DNA from: a virus
Virus record (IMG/VR): IMGVR_UViG_3300048599_000489
Strand: one strand, 5' to 3'
DNA: 23,158 nt
Part shown: piece after piece, positions 6,758-14,539 of the stretch
Position numbering within the stretch: the stretch's first letter is position 1
Layout: the number at the start of each line of letters is the position of its first letter
Translations under genes and position numbers: made by a program
The notes under the pieces: model-generated
Databases searched by the model: none
Seen by the model: the letters and a program-made list of their open reading frames with translations, nothing else
Told to the model about the DNA's origin: nothing

Positions 6758-7053
6758 ATATTCTTGGATTTTTTGTCAGGTCCGTCAAGCATGATTTTGT
6801 GCTGTGGTTTCAAAAACATTGTCCAGTTCATATTCCTCGAAAGTTTCCGAAACCCCCGTCAGGTCATTGCTCATGCGGTAAACCATACACCCGGATTATT
6901 GCGATTGATACCGGGGATGGTTTGGATATGGAATGGGCGTGTGAAGATGATTGCGGCGAAGGCGTCCCGGTCGAAGATGGGTGGTGGCCATTTTGGTTTG
7001 GGGCCTGGGGAAACACAAAAAATCTTGCAAAGATTGGCATCGAGATCGTGTGA
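6754..7053 (+). CDS. hypothetical protein, 99 aa, putative zinc-binding (CSC, CxxxC)
   Basis: ATGA overlap with the MazG-like stop; SD AAAGGA. Confidence 0.65.
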   Translation: MNILGFFVRSVKHDFVLWFQKHCPVHIPRKFPKPPSGHCSCGKPYTRIIAIDTGDGLDMEWACEDDCGEGVPVEDGWWPFWFGAWGNTKNLAKIGIEIV

Positions 7054-7163
7054 AAAAAATGGTCAGATGCGGCGAGGAAACCGAGGGTGATAAGCACACA
7101 TGCCGAACATGCGATTGCGAAACATGTCCGTGGAAAATTGCAAAAACCGGATCAAATCAGTAA
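7050..7163 (+). CDS. 37-aa Cys-rich protein (MKKMVRCGEETEGDKHTCRTCDCETCPWKIAKTGSNQ)
   Basis: GTG 7050 overlaps TGA 7051-7053; C..CxxCxCxxCPW. Confidence 0.5.
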   Translation: MKKMVRCGEETEGDKHTCRTCDCETCPWKIAKTGSNQ

Positions 7164-7208
7164 AAAATGATCAGTCGTGATAACTGGCTTGACACAAAGG
7201 AGAGAGGA

Positions 7209-7517
7209 ATGAAAATGGAACTTAGTTCCAGATTGTGGTCGCTCATAGCGCAATTCTTTTCTGGGTGGCATTATGTAAAAAGGGGGCTGCCAAAATGCAA
7301 AACCCCAAAACTTTTCTTGGTGCTGATTGGGGGGTTTCGTTTGAGTACTGCGATATACTACCCAAAAGTAGGTCCATCCCCTCACACATGGGAAAGGGAC
7401 GGGGAAGATATAACTGAATGCGTAACCCATTGGAAGAGGCCCAAAAAGATTCCGCTGATATTTTTTATCGAATGTGAAATCGAGAAAAGATCAGAAAGCC
7501 TGAAGGAGAATAAATAA
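7209..7517 (+). CDS. DUF551-like domain protein, about 102 aa (alternative start 7167)
   Basis: WHYVKRGLPK...LVL...W...VTHWKRP matches W....LP...VTHW.P; SD AAGGAG/GAGG before 7209. Confidence 0.6.
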   Translation: MKMELSSRLWSLIAQFFSGWHYVKRGLPKCKTPKLFLVLIGGFRLSTAIYYPKVGPSPHTWERDGEDITECVTHWKRPKKIPLIFFIECEIEKRSESLKENK

Positions 7518-7660
7518 TGTCTGCGGTATTGGCGCTTATATTGGTTTTGATCTTACAAATCGTATTCGCAATAGTCCCCCTTGTTTTTGGAGCTGTCCTG
7601 CTTTATATTGGGCTTATGAATATGTCCGACGAAGAGATTCTCAAATTTTTTCACAGATGA
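7517..7660 (+). CDS. small membrane protein, 47 aa (MSAVLALILVLILQIVFAIVPLVFGAVLLYIGLMNMSDEEILKFFHR); not in ORF track
   Basis: ATG overlaps the upstream TAA (TAATG); SD AAGGAG; about 30 hydrophobic residues (1-2 TM helices). Confidence 0.65.
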   Translation: MSAVLALILVLILQIVFAIVPLVFGAVLLYIGLMNMSDEEILKFFHR

Positions 7661-7675
7661 CGGAGATGAAAACTT

Positions 7676-8086
7676 ATGAATAAAAAGAAATCGGCAGCCG
7701 AAATGACCCTTGCAAAGGCGGTCAAAGAAATTGCTCAATGGATTGGGGCCAGCGAATCTTCTCTCTCCTGGATGGATGAAAAGCGGGCCAGGGCTTACCT
7801 GATGTATTTGCAGAACCGCATGGTGGTTATCGAGAATCAAAAAGACCTCGATCTGTCCATGTCCGTTCTGAATTCAGTCAAGAAATACGGCGTGTTCGTC
7901 AACGATGGAAAATACTACATCCTCTCTCAGGCCCCCACCCGGATTTCGGAAGATAGCAAAGACGAGTTCATGGTCAACGCCCTGGCAACCGACGAATTCA
8001 ACGCAAAGACGATCTACTTCTCTTCGAACTCAGAAAAGCCAGATCTGAACGATCAGGAAGACTATGAGGTACTCAGGATAGTCTAA
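7676..8086 (+). CDS. hypothetical protein, 136 aa; last gene of the rightward island operon
   Basis: ORF with GGAG upstream, followed by a terminator. Confidence 0.75.
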   Translation: MNKKKSAAEMTLAKAVKEIAQWIGASESSLSWMDEKRARAYLMYLQNRMVVIENQKDLDLSMSVLNSVKKYGVFVNDGKYYILSQAPTRISEDSKDEFMVNALATDEFNAKTIYFSSNSEKPDLNDQEDYEVLRIV

Positions 8087-8122
8087 TCTCGATAATTTTT
8101 TCGGGCACTCCCCGGCCCACCT

Positions 8123-8157
8123 GGAGGCTTTGAGCGTTTTCAAGGCCTCCAATTTTT
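8123..8157 (+). terminator. intrinsic terminator closing the island operon
   Basis: GGAGGCTTTGA / TCAAGGCCTCC 11-bp stem (one G-U) followed by AATTTTTG. Confidence 0.75.
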
Positions 8158-8160
8158 GTG

Positions 8161-8190
8161 TTGTGACTTGACATTTCTTTGTGCTATAAT
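8161..8190 (+). promoter_or_regulatory. extended -10 promoter for the protease-capsid-tail-lysis operon
   Basis: TG-C-TATAAT at 8182-8190; TTGTGA at 8161-8166 is 18 bp upstream; a perfect TTGACA at 8168-8173 is only 11 bp from the -10. Confidence 0.65.
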
Positions 8191-8221
8191 TTGAAAAGGA
8201 TTGACGTAATCCACACGAACT

Positions 8222-8253
8222 ACGGCAAAGCTATTTTAGCTTTGCCGTTTTTT
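8222..8253 (+). terminator. intrinsic terminator in the leader between the promoter and the protease start
   Basis: Perfect 12-bp stem ACGGCAAAGCTA / TAGCTTTGCCGT, TTT loop, then TTTTT; SD GGGAGA follows at 8258-8263. Confidence 0.8.
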
Positions 8254-8267
8254 ATTTGGGAGAAACC

Positions 8268-9617
8268 ATGCCATACGCAAAGAAAAAGTCAGGCGAAAAA
8301 TGGGTAGTCTACAACGAAACCAGCGGGAAAATCGTTGGAACCCATGACAACAAGCAAGATGCCGACGACCAGCTCGCCGCTTTGTATACCAACGTCGAGG
8401 ATGTAAAAAAATCTCTCCCTGACCGCCCCATGCACATTTCTGTTCCGATCACGAAAATTGACGAAGAGAAAAAGGAAGTTTGGGGATACGCCACGATTGA
8501 GGTTCCCGATCAAGCAGATGAAATCATGGACTACGCCACCTCGAAGCCAAACTTCGCGGCCTGGTCTGAGTCTGTGATGAAAATGACCGGGGGAAAATCA
8601 AAAGGAAATTTGCGCTCCATGCACTCCAATTGGGTAGCCGGACATTTGATTTCAATTCAGTTCGACGATGTAAACAAAGGGGTTTACATTGGAGCGCACG
8701 TAACTGACCCCGTCGAATTCGAGAAGGCAAAGAACGGAGATTACAGCGGGTTCTCGATTGGCGGGGATTATGAAAAAATCTGGCCCGATCCCAAAACCGG
8801 CCTGAAACGCTATACCGCTAAACCGAATGAGGTGTCTTTGGTGGATGCTCCGTGTAATCCGGCAGCCACTTTTGATTTGATTAAAGCAAACGGAATCCAG
8901 AAAGTGGCCTTTAGGCCGGGAAGTGGAGAAAAGATGCTCAAATTAAGTGAAACCAGTCAAATGACCGCTCAGGAGCAGAGAGAGTTTTTGAATCGCGCAC
9001 TCGCTATCAGTTTCCCAAGGCATCCAGAAGAAACCGACGAAAAAATGTCTCCTGTCAATGAAATTGATTCATCGATTTACTGGCTGCAGGATTTTTCAAA
9101 AGACGTGGTTTATGTCGGTTATGGAGATAATAAGTACTTTTCTATTCCTTACACAACGGATGAAAACGGAGCAGTGACTTTTGGAACTCCACAGGAGGTA
9201 GTCCGTCAAACCACTTACGTTCCTGTTCCTCCTGAAGCGGCTCCGCAGACCCCGCCGGAAGCGGGAATGGCAAAAGCAATCCCGACTTCTCCCCCGGTGG
9301 CAGCGGAAACCCCGCTGACCAGTGAAGTCGGAATGAGCCTGGAGGTTCAGCAAATGGCCCCCACCAGTTCTTCGGTTCAGGTCGATCCTTCCAAGACCCC
9401 GGATAGCGAACAACTCGCCAGCGCCGCTGTTGGGAAGCAAACTCTTGAAGCAGACTTCGATGAATGGCTCCCGAAACTTGGAAAAGCCATTCGTGATGTT
9501 GTTGGAGAAGTTGTTCGGGAAGAGATAAAAAAATCTCTCGATGAACACCTGAAAAAAGTTGAACCAGCCGCGCCCGCGCGGAAGAATTTTATTCCAGTAA
9601 GAAGGAGTGCACAATGA
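8268..9617 (+). CDS. prohead maturation protease (XkdF-like / HK97-type serine protease) with N-terminal mini-domain and C-terminal scaffold-like region, 449 aa
   Basis: ITKIDEEKKEVWGYA, NLRSMH, SGFSIGG, EVSLVDAPCNPAATF; SD GGGAGA favours ATG 8268 over TTG 8256. Confidence 0.88.
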   Translation: MPYAKKKSGEKWVVYNETSGKIVGTHDNKQDADDQLAALYTNVEDVKKSLPDRPMHISVPITKIDEEKKEVWGYATIEVPDQADEIMDYATSKPNFAAWSESVMKMTGGKSKGNLRSMHSNWVAGHLISIQFDDVNKGVYIGAHVTDPVEFEKAKNGDYSGFSIGGDYEKIWPDPKTGLKRYTAKPNEVSLVDAPCNPAATFDLIKANGIQKVAFRPGSGEKMLKLSETSQMTAQEQREFLNRALAISFPRHPEETDEKMSPVNEIDSSIYWLQDFSKDVVYVGYGDNKYFSIPYTTDENGAVTFGTPQEVVRQTTYVPVPPEAAPQTPPEAGMAKAIPTSPPVAAETPLTSEVGMSLEVQQMAPTSSSVQVDPSKTPDSEQLASAAVGKQTLEADFDEWLPKLGKAIRDVVGEVVREEIKKSLDEHLKKVEPAAPARKNFIPVRRSAQ

Positions 9618-11584
9618 CTGAAAAACTCGAAAAAGATGCTGCGGGCACGATTACCGCTGCTCGCGACCTGGCCACTAAATTGGTCAGTCAAGCCCATGAC
9701 GATGGAGGTATCGACGAGGCAGACCTGGAGCAGCTCGTTGCTGTTCTGAAGGTTGCCGGCGATGAAGAAAGTACCTCCAGTACCAGTACTTCGTCTTCCT
9801 CCGATAAACCCACCGAAGCCGATACCACGAACGAAGGTGAGCCCAACGAAGGTGAGCCCACTTCCGAATCGAACGATGATGATTTAGAAGAAGACGAAAC
9901 CTCGTCTATCAAGAAAGTCAAGAAGGGCAATGGCCCTGTTAGCTACCGGCCGACGCCCCCAAACATGATCTTTGATCAGCAAGACGCTCTCGAAGCTCAG
10001 CTTCCCCAGTTTATCGCCGCAATGACCAAGGGCAGTGTTCGTGAAGCCCAGCGCATTGCAGGTGATTCTTCGATTGCCTTCGATACCATGATGAACATGG
10101 CACAGCATGCGATCTTGTCGAAGGGCGGCTGGTTTGTGAAGAATCTTAGCAAGATCAATTCCGAATCTCCCGATCCCTACGATCCTCAGCAAATGCGCAA
10201 AGCGCTGACCAGCTCCAACCTGTCCGGTATCAACCTGATCCGCCTTGCGAAGTTGATGCTCCCGGTTTCTGCTCCCCTCACGGCTCGTTTGCCGATGGGA
10301 AACCCGAACCTGGGTTCTGACTTCGCAACCTGGAAAGCCCAGCTTGGCTGGGGCGGCATGGATGATTCCGGCTTCTACGGAATCGCCGAAGCCGATACTG
10401 GAGTTACTCCTCCAAATAACTTCCTGACCTTCAATGCCCCTTACAAAGAGATCTCCGCGAATGACGCAGTGACCTTGAAGGCCATCCACACCAACCGCGG
10501 TTATTCTGACCCTCTGCAAATTGCTGTGATCCGCGCTATGTCGGCGGTGCTGCGTGGGAACGAGAAAACCCTGCTCAACAACAACAACGGAGCACTGAGT
10601 GCTCCATCTGGTGTGACTGGGGCTCCCAGTGCGACCGGCACCATCGTTGCCGGCGCCTACTACGTCGGCGTGACTGCTCTGACCGGTAAAGGTTCAGAAG
10701 CTCATTCCATCGGCGGCGCTTCAGCAAAAGGCGAAACGACTGCCACTTTCACTGCGACAGCGGTCACTCTGTCCGCGACCGGCGGCATCGCCCTGACCTG
10801 GAACCATGTTGACGGTGCTGTTGCCTACAATATCTACGTTGGCACCGACGCGGGAGCAACCACCACCTGTGTCTACCACAGCACAGTGACCGTGAACAGC
10901 ATCAATATCGCCGCTCTGGCAACCGGAACAACGAAACCGCCCACCTCTGATACCACCGCTGATACTGACGCCTTCGAAGGTCTGGTGGCCTGGGCCGAGA
11001 AATCAACCATCTACGGCAATACGATCACCGGAAAAATCCCGGTGTACGATGCTGCCGGAGCTGGCCTGACAACCGGAAACGGCGGGATCGTTGAATTCGA
11101 TAATGTCCTCGAACAGGCTTATCGCCTGTGGGCAACTGCCCCGTCCTGCATCGTCATGTCGGCTAAGATGAACGCGCAGCTGGTCGGCAAACTGCTTGCC
11201 CTGGGTGGCAACGGCGGTTTCTATCGTCTCGAAGTCGGCGACGAACGCAATACCCTAAATGGTGGGGTGATGGTTACCGGGTATGTAAACAAGTTTTCGC
11301 CGTATGCAGACGGTACCCCGCGGATGATCGACATCATCCCGCACCCCTACATGCAGGAAGGCAAAATCCTGGTTCTCTCCGAGACCATCCCTTACCCGAT
11401 GGCCAACGAGACCCGCGGATTTGTCCGCGATGTGCTGATTCCCTACACCTACTTCCCCCTGCCCAGTCAGTCCGGCGGCGTGAACAAGATTCAGTACAAC
11501 TTCAGCATTCTGAACAGCTACACCGTGGAATGCTTCAACCCTGGCCCGCAGGCCTCAATCACCTGTGTCGATGAGACCAAGTGA
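9614..11584 (+). CDS. major capsid protein (HK97 fold inferred), 656 aa, with ~196-aa acidic scaffold-like N-terminus and Fn3-like insertion
   Basis: Follows the protease with ATGA overlap; capsid-like core from ALTSS...LAKLMLPV to IIPHPYMQEGKILVL; beta-rich insert YYVGVTAL...ALTWNHVDGAVAYNIYVG. Confidence 0.85.
   Translation: MTEKLEKDAAGTITAARDLATKLVSQAHDDGGIDEADLEQLVAVLKVAGDEESTSSTSTSSSSDKPTEADTTNEGEPNEGEPTSESNDDDLEEDETSSIKKVKKGNGPVSYRPTPPNMIFDQQDALEAQLPQFIAAMTKGSVREAQRIAGDSSIAFDTMMNMAQHAILSKGGWFVKNLSKINSESPDPYDPQQMRKALTSSNLSGINLIRLAKLMLPVSAPLTARLPMGNPNLGSDFATWKAQLGWGGMDDSGFYGIAEADTGVTPPNNFLTFNAPYKEISANDAVTLKAIHTNRGYSDPLQIAVIRAMSAVLRGNEKTLLNNNNGALSAPSGVTGAPSATGTIVAGAYYVGVTALTGKGSEAHSIGGASAKGETTATFTATAVTLSATGGIALTWNHVDGAVAYNIYVGTDAGATTTCVYHSTVTVNSINIAALATGTTKPPTSDTTADTDAFEGLVAWAEKSTIYGNTITGKIPVYDAAGAGLTTGNGGIVEFDNVLEQAYRLWATAPSCIVMSAKMNAQLVGKLLALGGNGGFYRLEVGDERNTLNGGVMVTGYVNKFSPYADGTPRMIDIIPHPYMQEGKILVLSETIPYPMANETRGFVRDVLIPYTYFPLPSQSGGVNKIQYNFSILNSYTVECFNPGPQASITCVDETK
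9830..9859 (+). repeat. 15-nt perfect tandem duplication (AACGAAGGTGAGCCC x2, NEGEP x2)
   Basis: Read directly in the acidic capsid N-terminus. Confidence 0.9.
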
Positions 11585-12114
11585 GCGTGACCGTTGTAGG
11601 TCTCGATGAATTACAAAAGGGGCTGGAAAAAGCTCAAGAGTTATTCCAGCCCCTGGCTGCCCAAGCAATTGCGAATATTCTGGGGTTGATCGAAGAAAAA
11701 ATTTCTCCTTATCCACCCCAGCCGGATCGGATGCGTTCTGGTCACTTGAACACTTATGTGCGCGGGCAGGGAAATTACCCGCGCACGGCATTTGTACAAG
11801 ACAAGATACAGCCAGGCGGATTCAGAACAAAACGCGTGGCGGCAAAGGCGATCAGGCAAACGTCCGAGAGGATGGATACAAAATATCGCACCGAGGTAAA
11901 GCAAGACGGTAATGAAGTTCATGGAGAACTTCGAAATGATGCGTCTTATTCCGGGTGGGTAGTCGGGCCAAAAGAAGGCGATCCGCATCAAGTGTGGTTT
12001 CACGAAAAAACAGGTTGGCCAAATGCAACCACTACAGTGAAAGAAATCATGCCGGATGTAGACAAGATCATCGACGAAACAGTGGATAAATTTCTGGAAA
12101 GGATTATTGGGTAA
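11581..12114 (+). CDS. HK97 gp10-like neck / tail-completion protein, 177 aa
   Basis: N-terminal VTVVGLDELQKGLEK and C-terminal amphipathic helix typical of the family; GTGA overlap with capsid. Confidence 0.6.
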   Translation: MSVTVVGLDELQKGLEKAQELFQPLAAQAIANILGLIEEKISPYPPQPDRMRSGHLNTYVRGQGNYPRTAFVQDKIQPGGFRTKRVAAKAIRQTSERMDTKYRTEVKQDGNEVHGELRNDASYSGWVVGPKEGDPHQVWFHEKTGWPNATTTVKEIMPDVDKIIDETVDKFLERIIG

Positions 12115-12734
12115 TGGATTACACGACAATCGCGCTCGTAAAAAGTGAAATTCATTCGCAGTTGGCCGTATCGACAGATGACGCCCTGCTGGCAACGCTG
12201 ATTACCTCAGCTTCCCGCTCGTGGGACCGCCATTGTACCAATACGCCGCTGGCCAAGGATTACTTCAAGCGCGAAGACGTTGTGGGCGAAAAACTTGAGG
12301 GACTGGCAAATTATGATGGCACCAAGATCGTTTGCTATCCACACAAGCCTGTTGTCAATTCTATTGCCTCGTTTTCATTTCAGGAAAACATCGTCAGTAC
12401 GTCCTACACAGTTGACCCGTCGAGAGTGGACATAAACGGAATGAAAGTAGTTGCTTATCCATCCGGGATGCCGATCCGTTACCCAGGAAAGTGCAAAGTC
12501 ACCATTTCCTACAATGGCGGGCTGGGGGAAACCGTAGCAGATTTACCGGAGGACATGGTGGAAGCAGTTACCTTGCTTGCCATCCGCTTCTACCGTGAAG
12601 CAGAGAGTGGATTGAGCGACCAAATGGGAATATCAGAAATGGGTTCCTTCCAGTATACGAAGGCGTGGCCGGTACGAGTCAAAGAAATTCTTAACTATTA
12701 TCGGCGCCGCGCCGGATGGGATCATGCAGCATGA
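12114..12734 (+). CDS. head-tail adaptor (HK97 gp6 / SPP1 gp15-like, long form), 206 aa
   Basis: YTTIALVK...DDALLATLITSASR.WDRHC and LPEDMVEAVTLLAIRFYRE. Confidence 0.82.
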   Translation: MDYTTIALVKSEIHSQLAVSTDDALLATLITSASRSWDRHCTNTPLAKDYFKREDVVGEKLEGLANYDGTKIVCYPHKPVVNSIASFSFQENIVSTSYTVDPSRVDINGMKVVAYPSGMPIRYPGKCKVTISYNGGLGETVADLPEDMVEAVTLLAIRFYREAESGLSDQMGISEMGSFQYTKAWPVRVKEILNYYRRRAGWDHAA

Positions 12735-13213
12735 GCGCCCAGACTGAAATCCCCGATATTCTCAAAAGAATTGCTGAACTCGAAGCGGCAATCGTCTTTG
12801 AAGGGAATCCATTGGTCGCCTACGAAAATATCCCTTACACCATCAACGCCGGCGACATGCCGCTTTTCGTGAATCACGTTGGTCAGTCTACAGTATCTCT
12901 GCAGGGTAGCGATGAAATTGGCCGCGAGTTTCTGGAGTCGCGTGTCTACATGCTCGATCTTTACAGCGCCCCTTATGCCAGTGGCGTCGAAGGAGAACAG
13001 CTTGCGCGATTGACTTCTATTTTTTCTTTGGTTTATATTCAGTTTGCGGCATACCCGCGGCTGAATCGGCTCAGGAATATCGTCAAAAGCGAAATCACCG
13101 GAGACTCAGGAGCAACAACGTCAATGGCTTTCGCAGGACAGATTTATTTTGGTATTCGTTTCACTCTTCAGGTGCAGTCCATCGTTCGACGCTCTCTATC
13201 TGAAGATGATTAG
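12731..13213 (+). CDS. putative tail terminator protein, 160 aa
   Basis: Size, position just before the tail tube, alternating beta/alpha pattern; ATGA overlap supports 12731. Confidence 0.6.
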   Translation: MSAQTEIPDILKRIAELEAAIVFEGNPLVAYENIPYTINAGDMPLFVNHVGQSTVSLQGSDEIGREFLESRVYMLDLYSAPYASGVEGEQLARLTSIFSLVYIQFAAYPRLNRLRNIVKSEITGDSGATTSMAFAGQIYFGIRFTLQVQSIVRRSLSEDD

Positions 13214-13224
13214 GAGGAAGAAAA

Positions 13225-14148
13225 ATGAGTGCACCATCTAAGATCAGATCAACTGGTGGTTTTCGTAACCTCAATCTATGGGAACTGAACGCAAACGGAT
13301 TGCCCATTGGAGCAAAAGTTCTGGAACCATACACCCCATTTGGGGTATCGGCCGGGGTATTGCAAAGCACCCCGGGAACGCTTGTGCCAGCCGGCACCGC
13401 TGTTGATGGCGGAGTTGGCTATTATGGCGTGCGTCACAGCGGCGCCAAGGTACTGACGATCACCGATCCCGTTCCGCGGGTCCTTGCCCACGTGGGTGAT
13501 GATAGCATCATCAACTATCAGGTGCTTCCCCCTATCGAGGTGCTGAGCGGAGAATTGAGAACCGATAAGACCAATGACATCGTTGACGCTATTATCGGCA
13601 ACTTGAAATCTTCTTCCGTTGGGGAAGCCAACATTCAAGGTGTCATCACCAACCAGCGTGGTTACGAATTGACTGTTGCGGCACTGGCTTATTCCGCTGC
13701 GCAGGATTCCGATCCAAACAGCACGAATTTCGGCATTCCTGGCTGGGATTTCAGGATTTTCCCGAAAGTGATCATCTTCCAGCGTGAACCTGGTTATTCC
13801 GCCGAAGCCAATGAGCGGATGTACAGCTTTACCCCGTTGTTTGCTACAGCTCACATTTGGGGCAAGGCATTCAGCCTGGCTGATGATGGTTACACTCGCG
13901 GGCAGATTATTCGCGGGAACAGCTACTACAAGCCCGTGATCGTTTCGTTCTTGGGGGATGGAACGACCGAGGTATTCCCGTTCGATTACAACCGCCCGGC
14001 CCAGTCTGCTGGGAAAGTGGCAGTCTACGTTAATGGAGTGCTAACCACCTCAGGGGTAACCGCTACCGAGGAAGGTTTGACCTTCACCTCTGCACCCGCC
14101 CTGGGTGATGTAATCGTTGTCTGGTACGAAACTGCAGCCGGAGTGTGA
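13225..14148 (+). CDS. major tail tube protein with C-terminal Ig-like accessory domain, 307 aa
   Basis: Position before chaperone and tape measure; SD GGAGG; C-terminal GDGTTEVF...VAVYVNGV...LTFTSAPALGDVIVVWY module (about 13948-14148). Confidence 0.78.
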   Translation: MSAPSKIRSTGGFRNLNLWELNANGLPIGAKVLEPYTPFGVSAGVLQSTPGTLVPAGTAVDGGVGYYGVRHSGAKVLTITDPVPRVLAHVGDDSIINYQVLPPIEVLSGELRTDKTNDIVDAIIGNLKSSSVGEANIQGVITNQRGYELTVAALAYSAAQDSDPNSTNFGIPGWDFRIFPKVIIFQREPGYSAEANERMYSFTPLFATAHIWGKAFSLADDGYTRGQIIRGNSYYKPVIVSFLGDGTTEVFPFDYNRPAQSAGKVAVYVNGVLTTSGVTATEEGLTFTSAPALGDVIVVWYETAAGV

Positions 14149-14507
14149 GCATGAAGGAAATTATCAACACTTATGATCTGGACGGAACCAAAGTGACCCG
14201 TACGGTTGTGCGAGTCACCGCCCGCATGGGAATCGAACGCGTGAGCAAAACCATCGCCATGCAGAAACTGATCGATGAAAAAAAGATCCCGGACGATTTC
14301 AAGTTTCTGGCTGTAGTTGCTTATCCAGACGTGCTTTCAGCGACCACGAAGGTGGAAGGGATGGAGTGGCCGGTTACTTTTGACCAGTTCATCGACCTGC
14401 CAGAAGAGCTTCTCGACGATTGGCTGACTGACGTTTATACAGCCAACCCGCATTGGAACCGGATCCCCGTCGCGGAAGATCAAAAAAAATCATCCCGCAA
14501 ATCCTGA
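14145..14507 (+). CDS. tail assembly chaperone (lambda gpG analogue), 120 aa (alternative start ATG 14151)
   Basis: Between tail tube and tape measure; slippery A8 run near the 3' end. Confidence 0.85.
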   Translation: MSMKEIINTYDLDGTKVTRTVVRVTARMGIERVSKTIAMQKLIDEKKIPDDFKFLAVVAYPDVLSATTKVEGMEWPVTFDQFIDLPEELLDDWLTDVYTANPHWNRIPVAEDQKKSSRKS

Positions 14508-14539
14508 GAGACCTGGCAAGGGAGTATTTGCGGGATGAT
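14483..14539 (+). promoter_or_regulatory. programmed -1 ribosomal frameshift signal: A AAA AAA plus 14-bp hairpin
   Basis: Heptamer 14483-14489 in the correct phase; ATCATCCCGCAAAT (14489-14502) pairs perfectly with ATTTGCGGGATGAT (14526-14539). Confidence 0.85.

Noticed and set aside
7517-7660. Small membrane protein as the holin
   Set aside because: It lies in the island operon far from the lysin, under a separate promoter; hydrophobicity alone is insufficient.
8168-8190. TTGACA plus TATAAT as a perfect consensus promoter
   Set aside because: The spacer is only 11 bp; called an extended -10 promoter instead.
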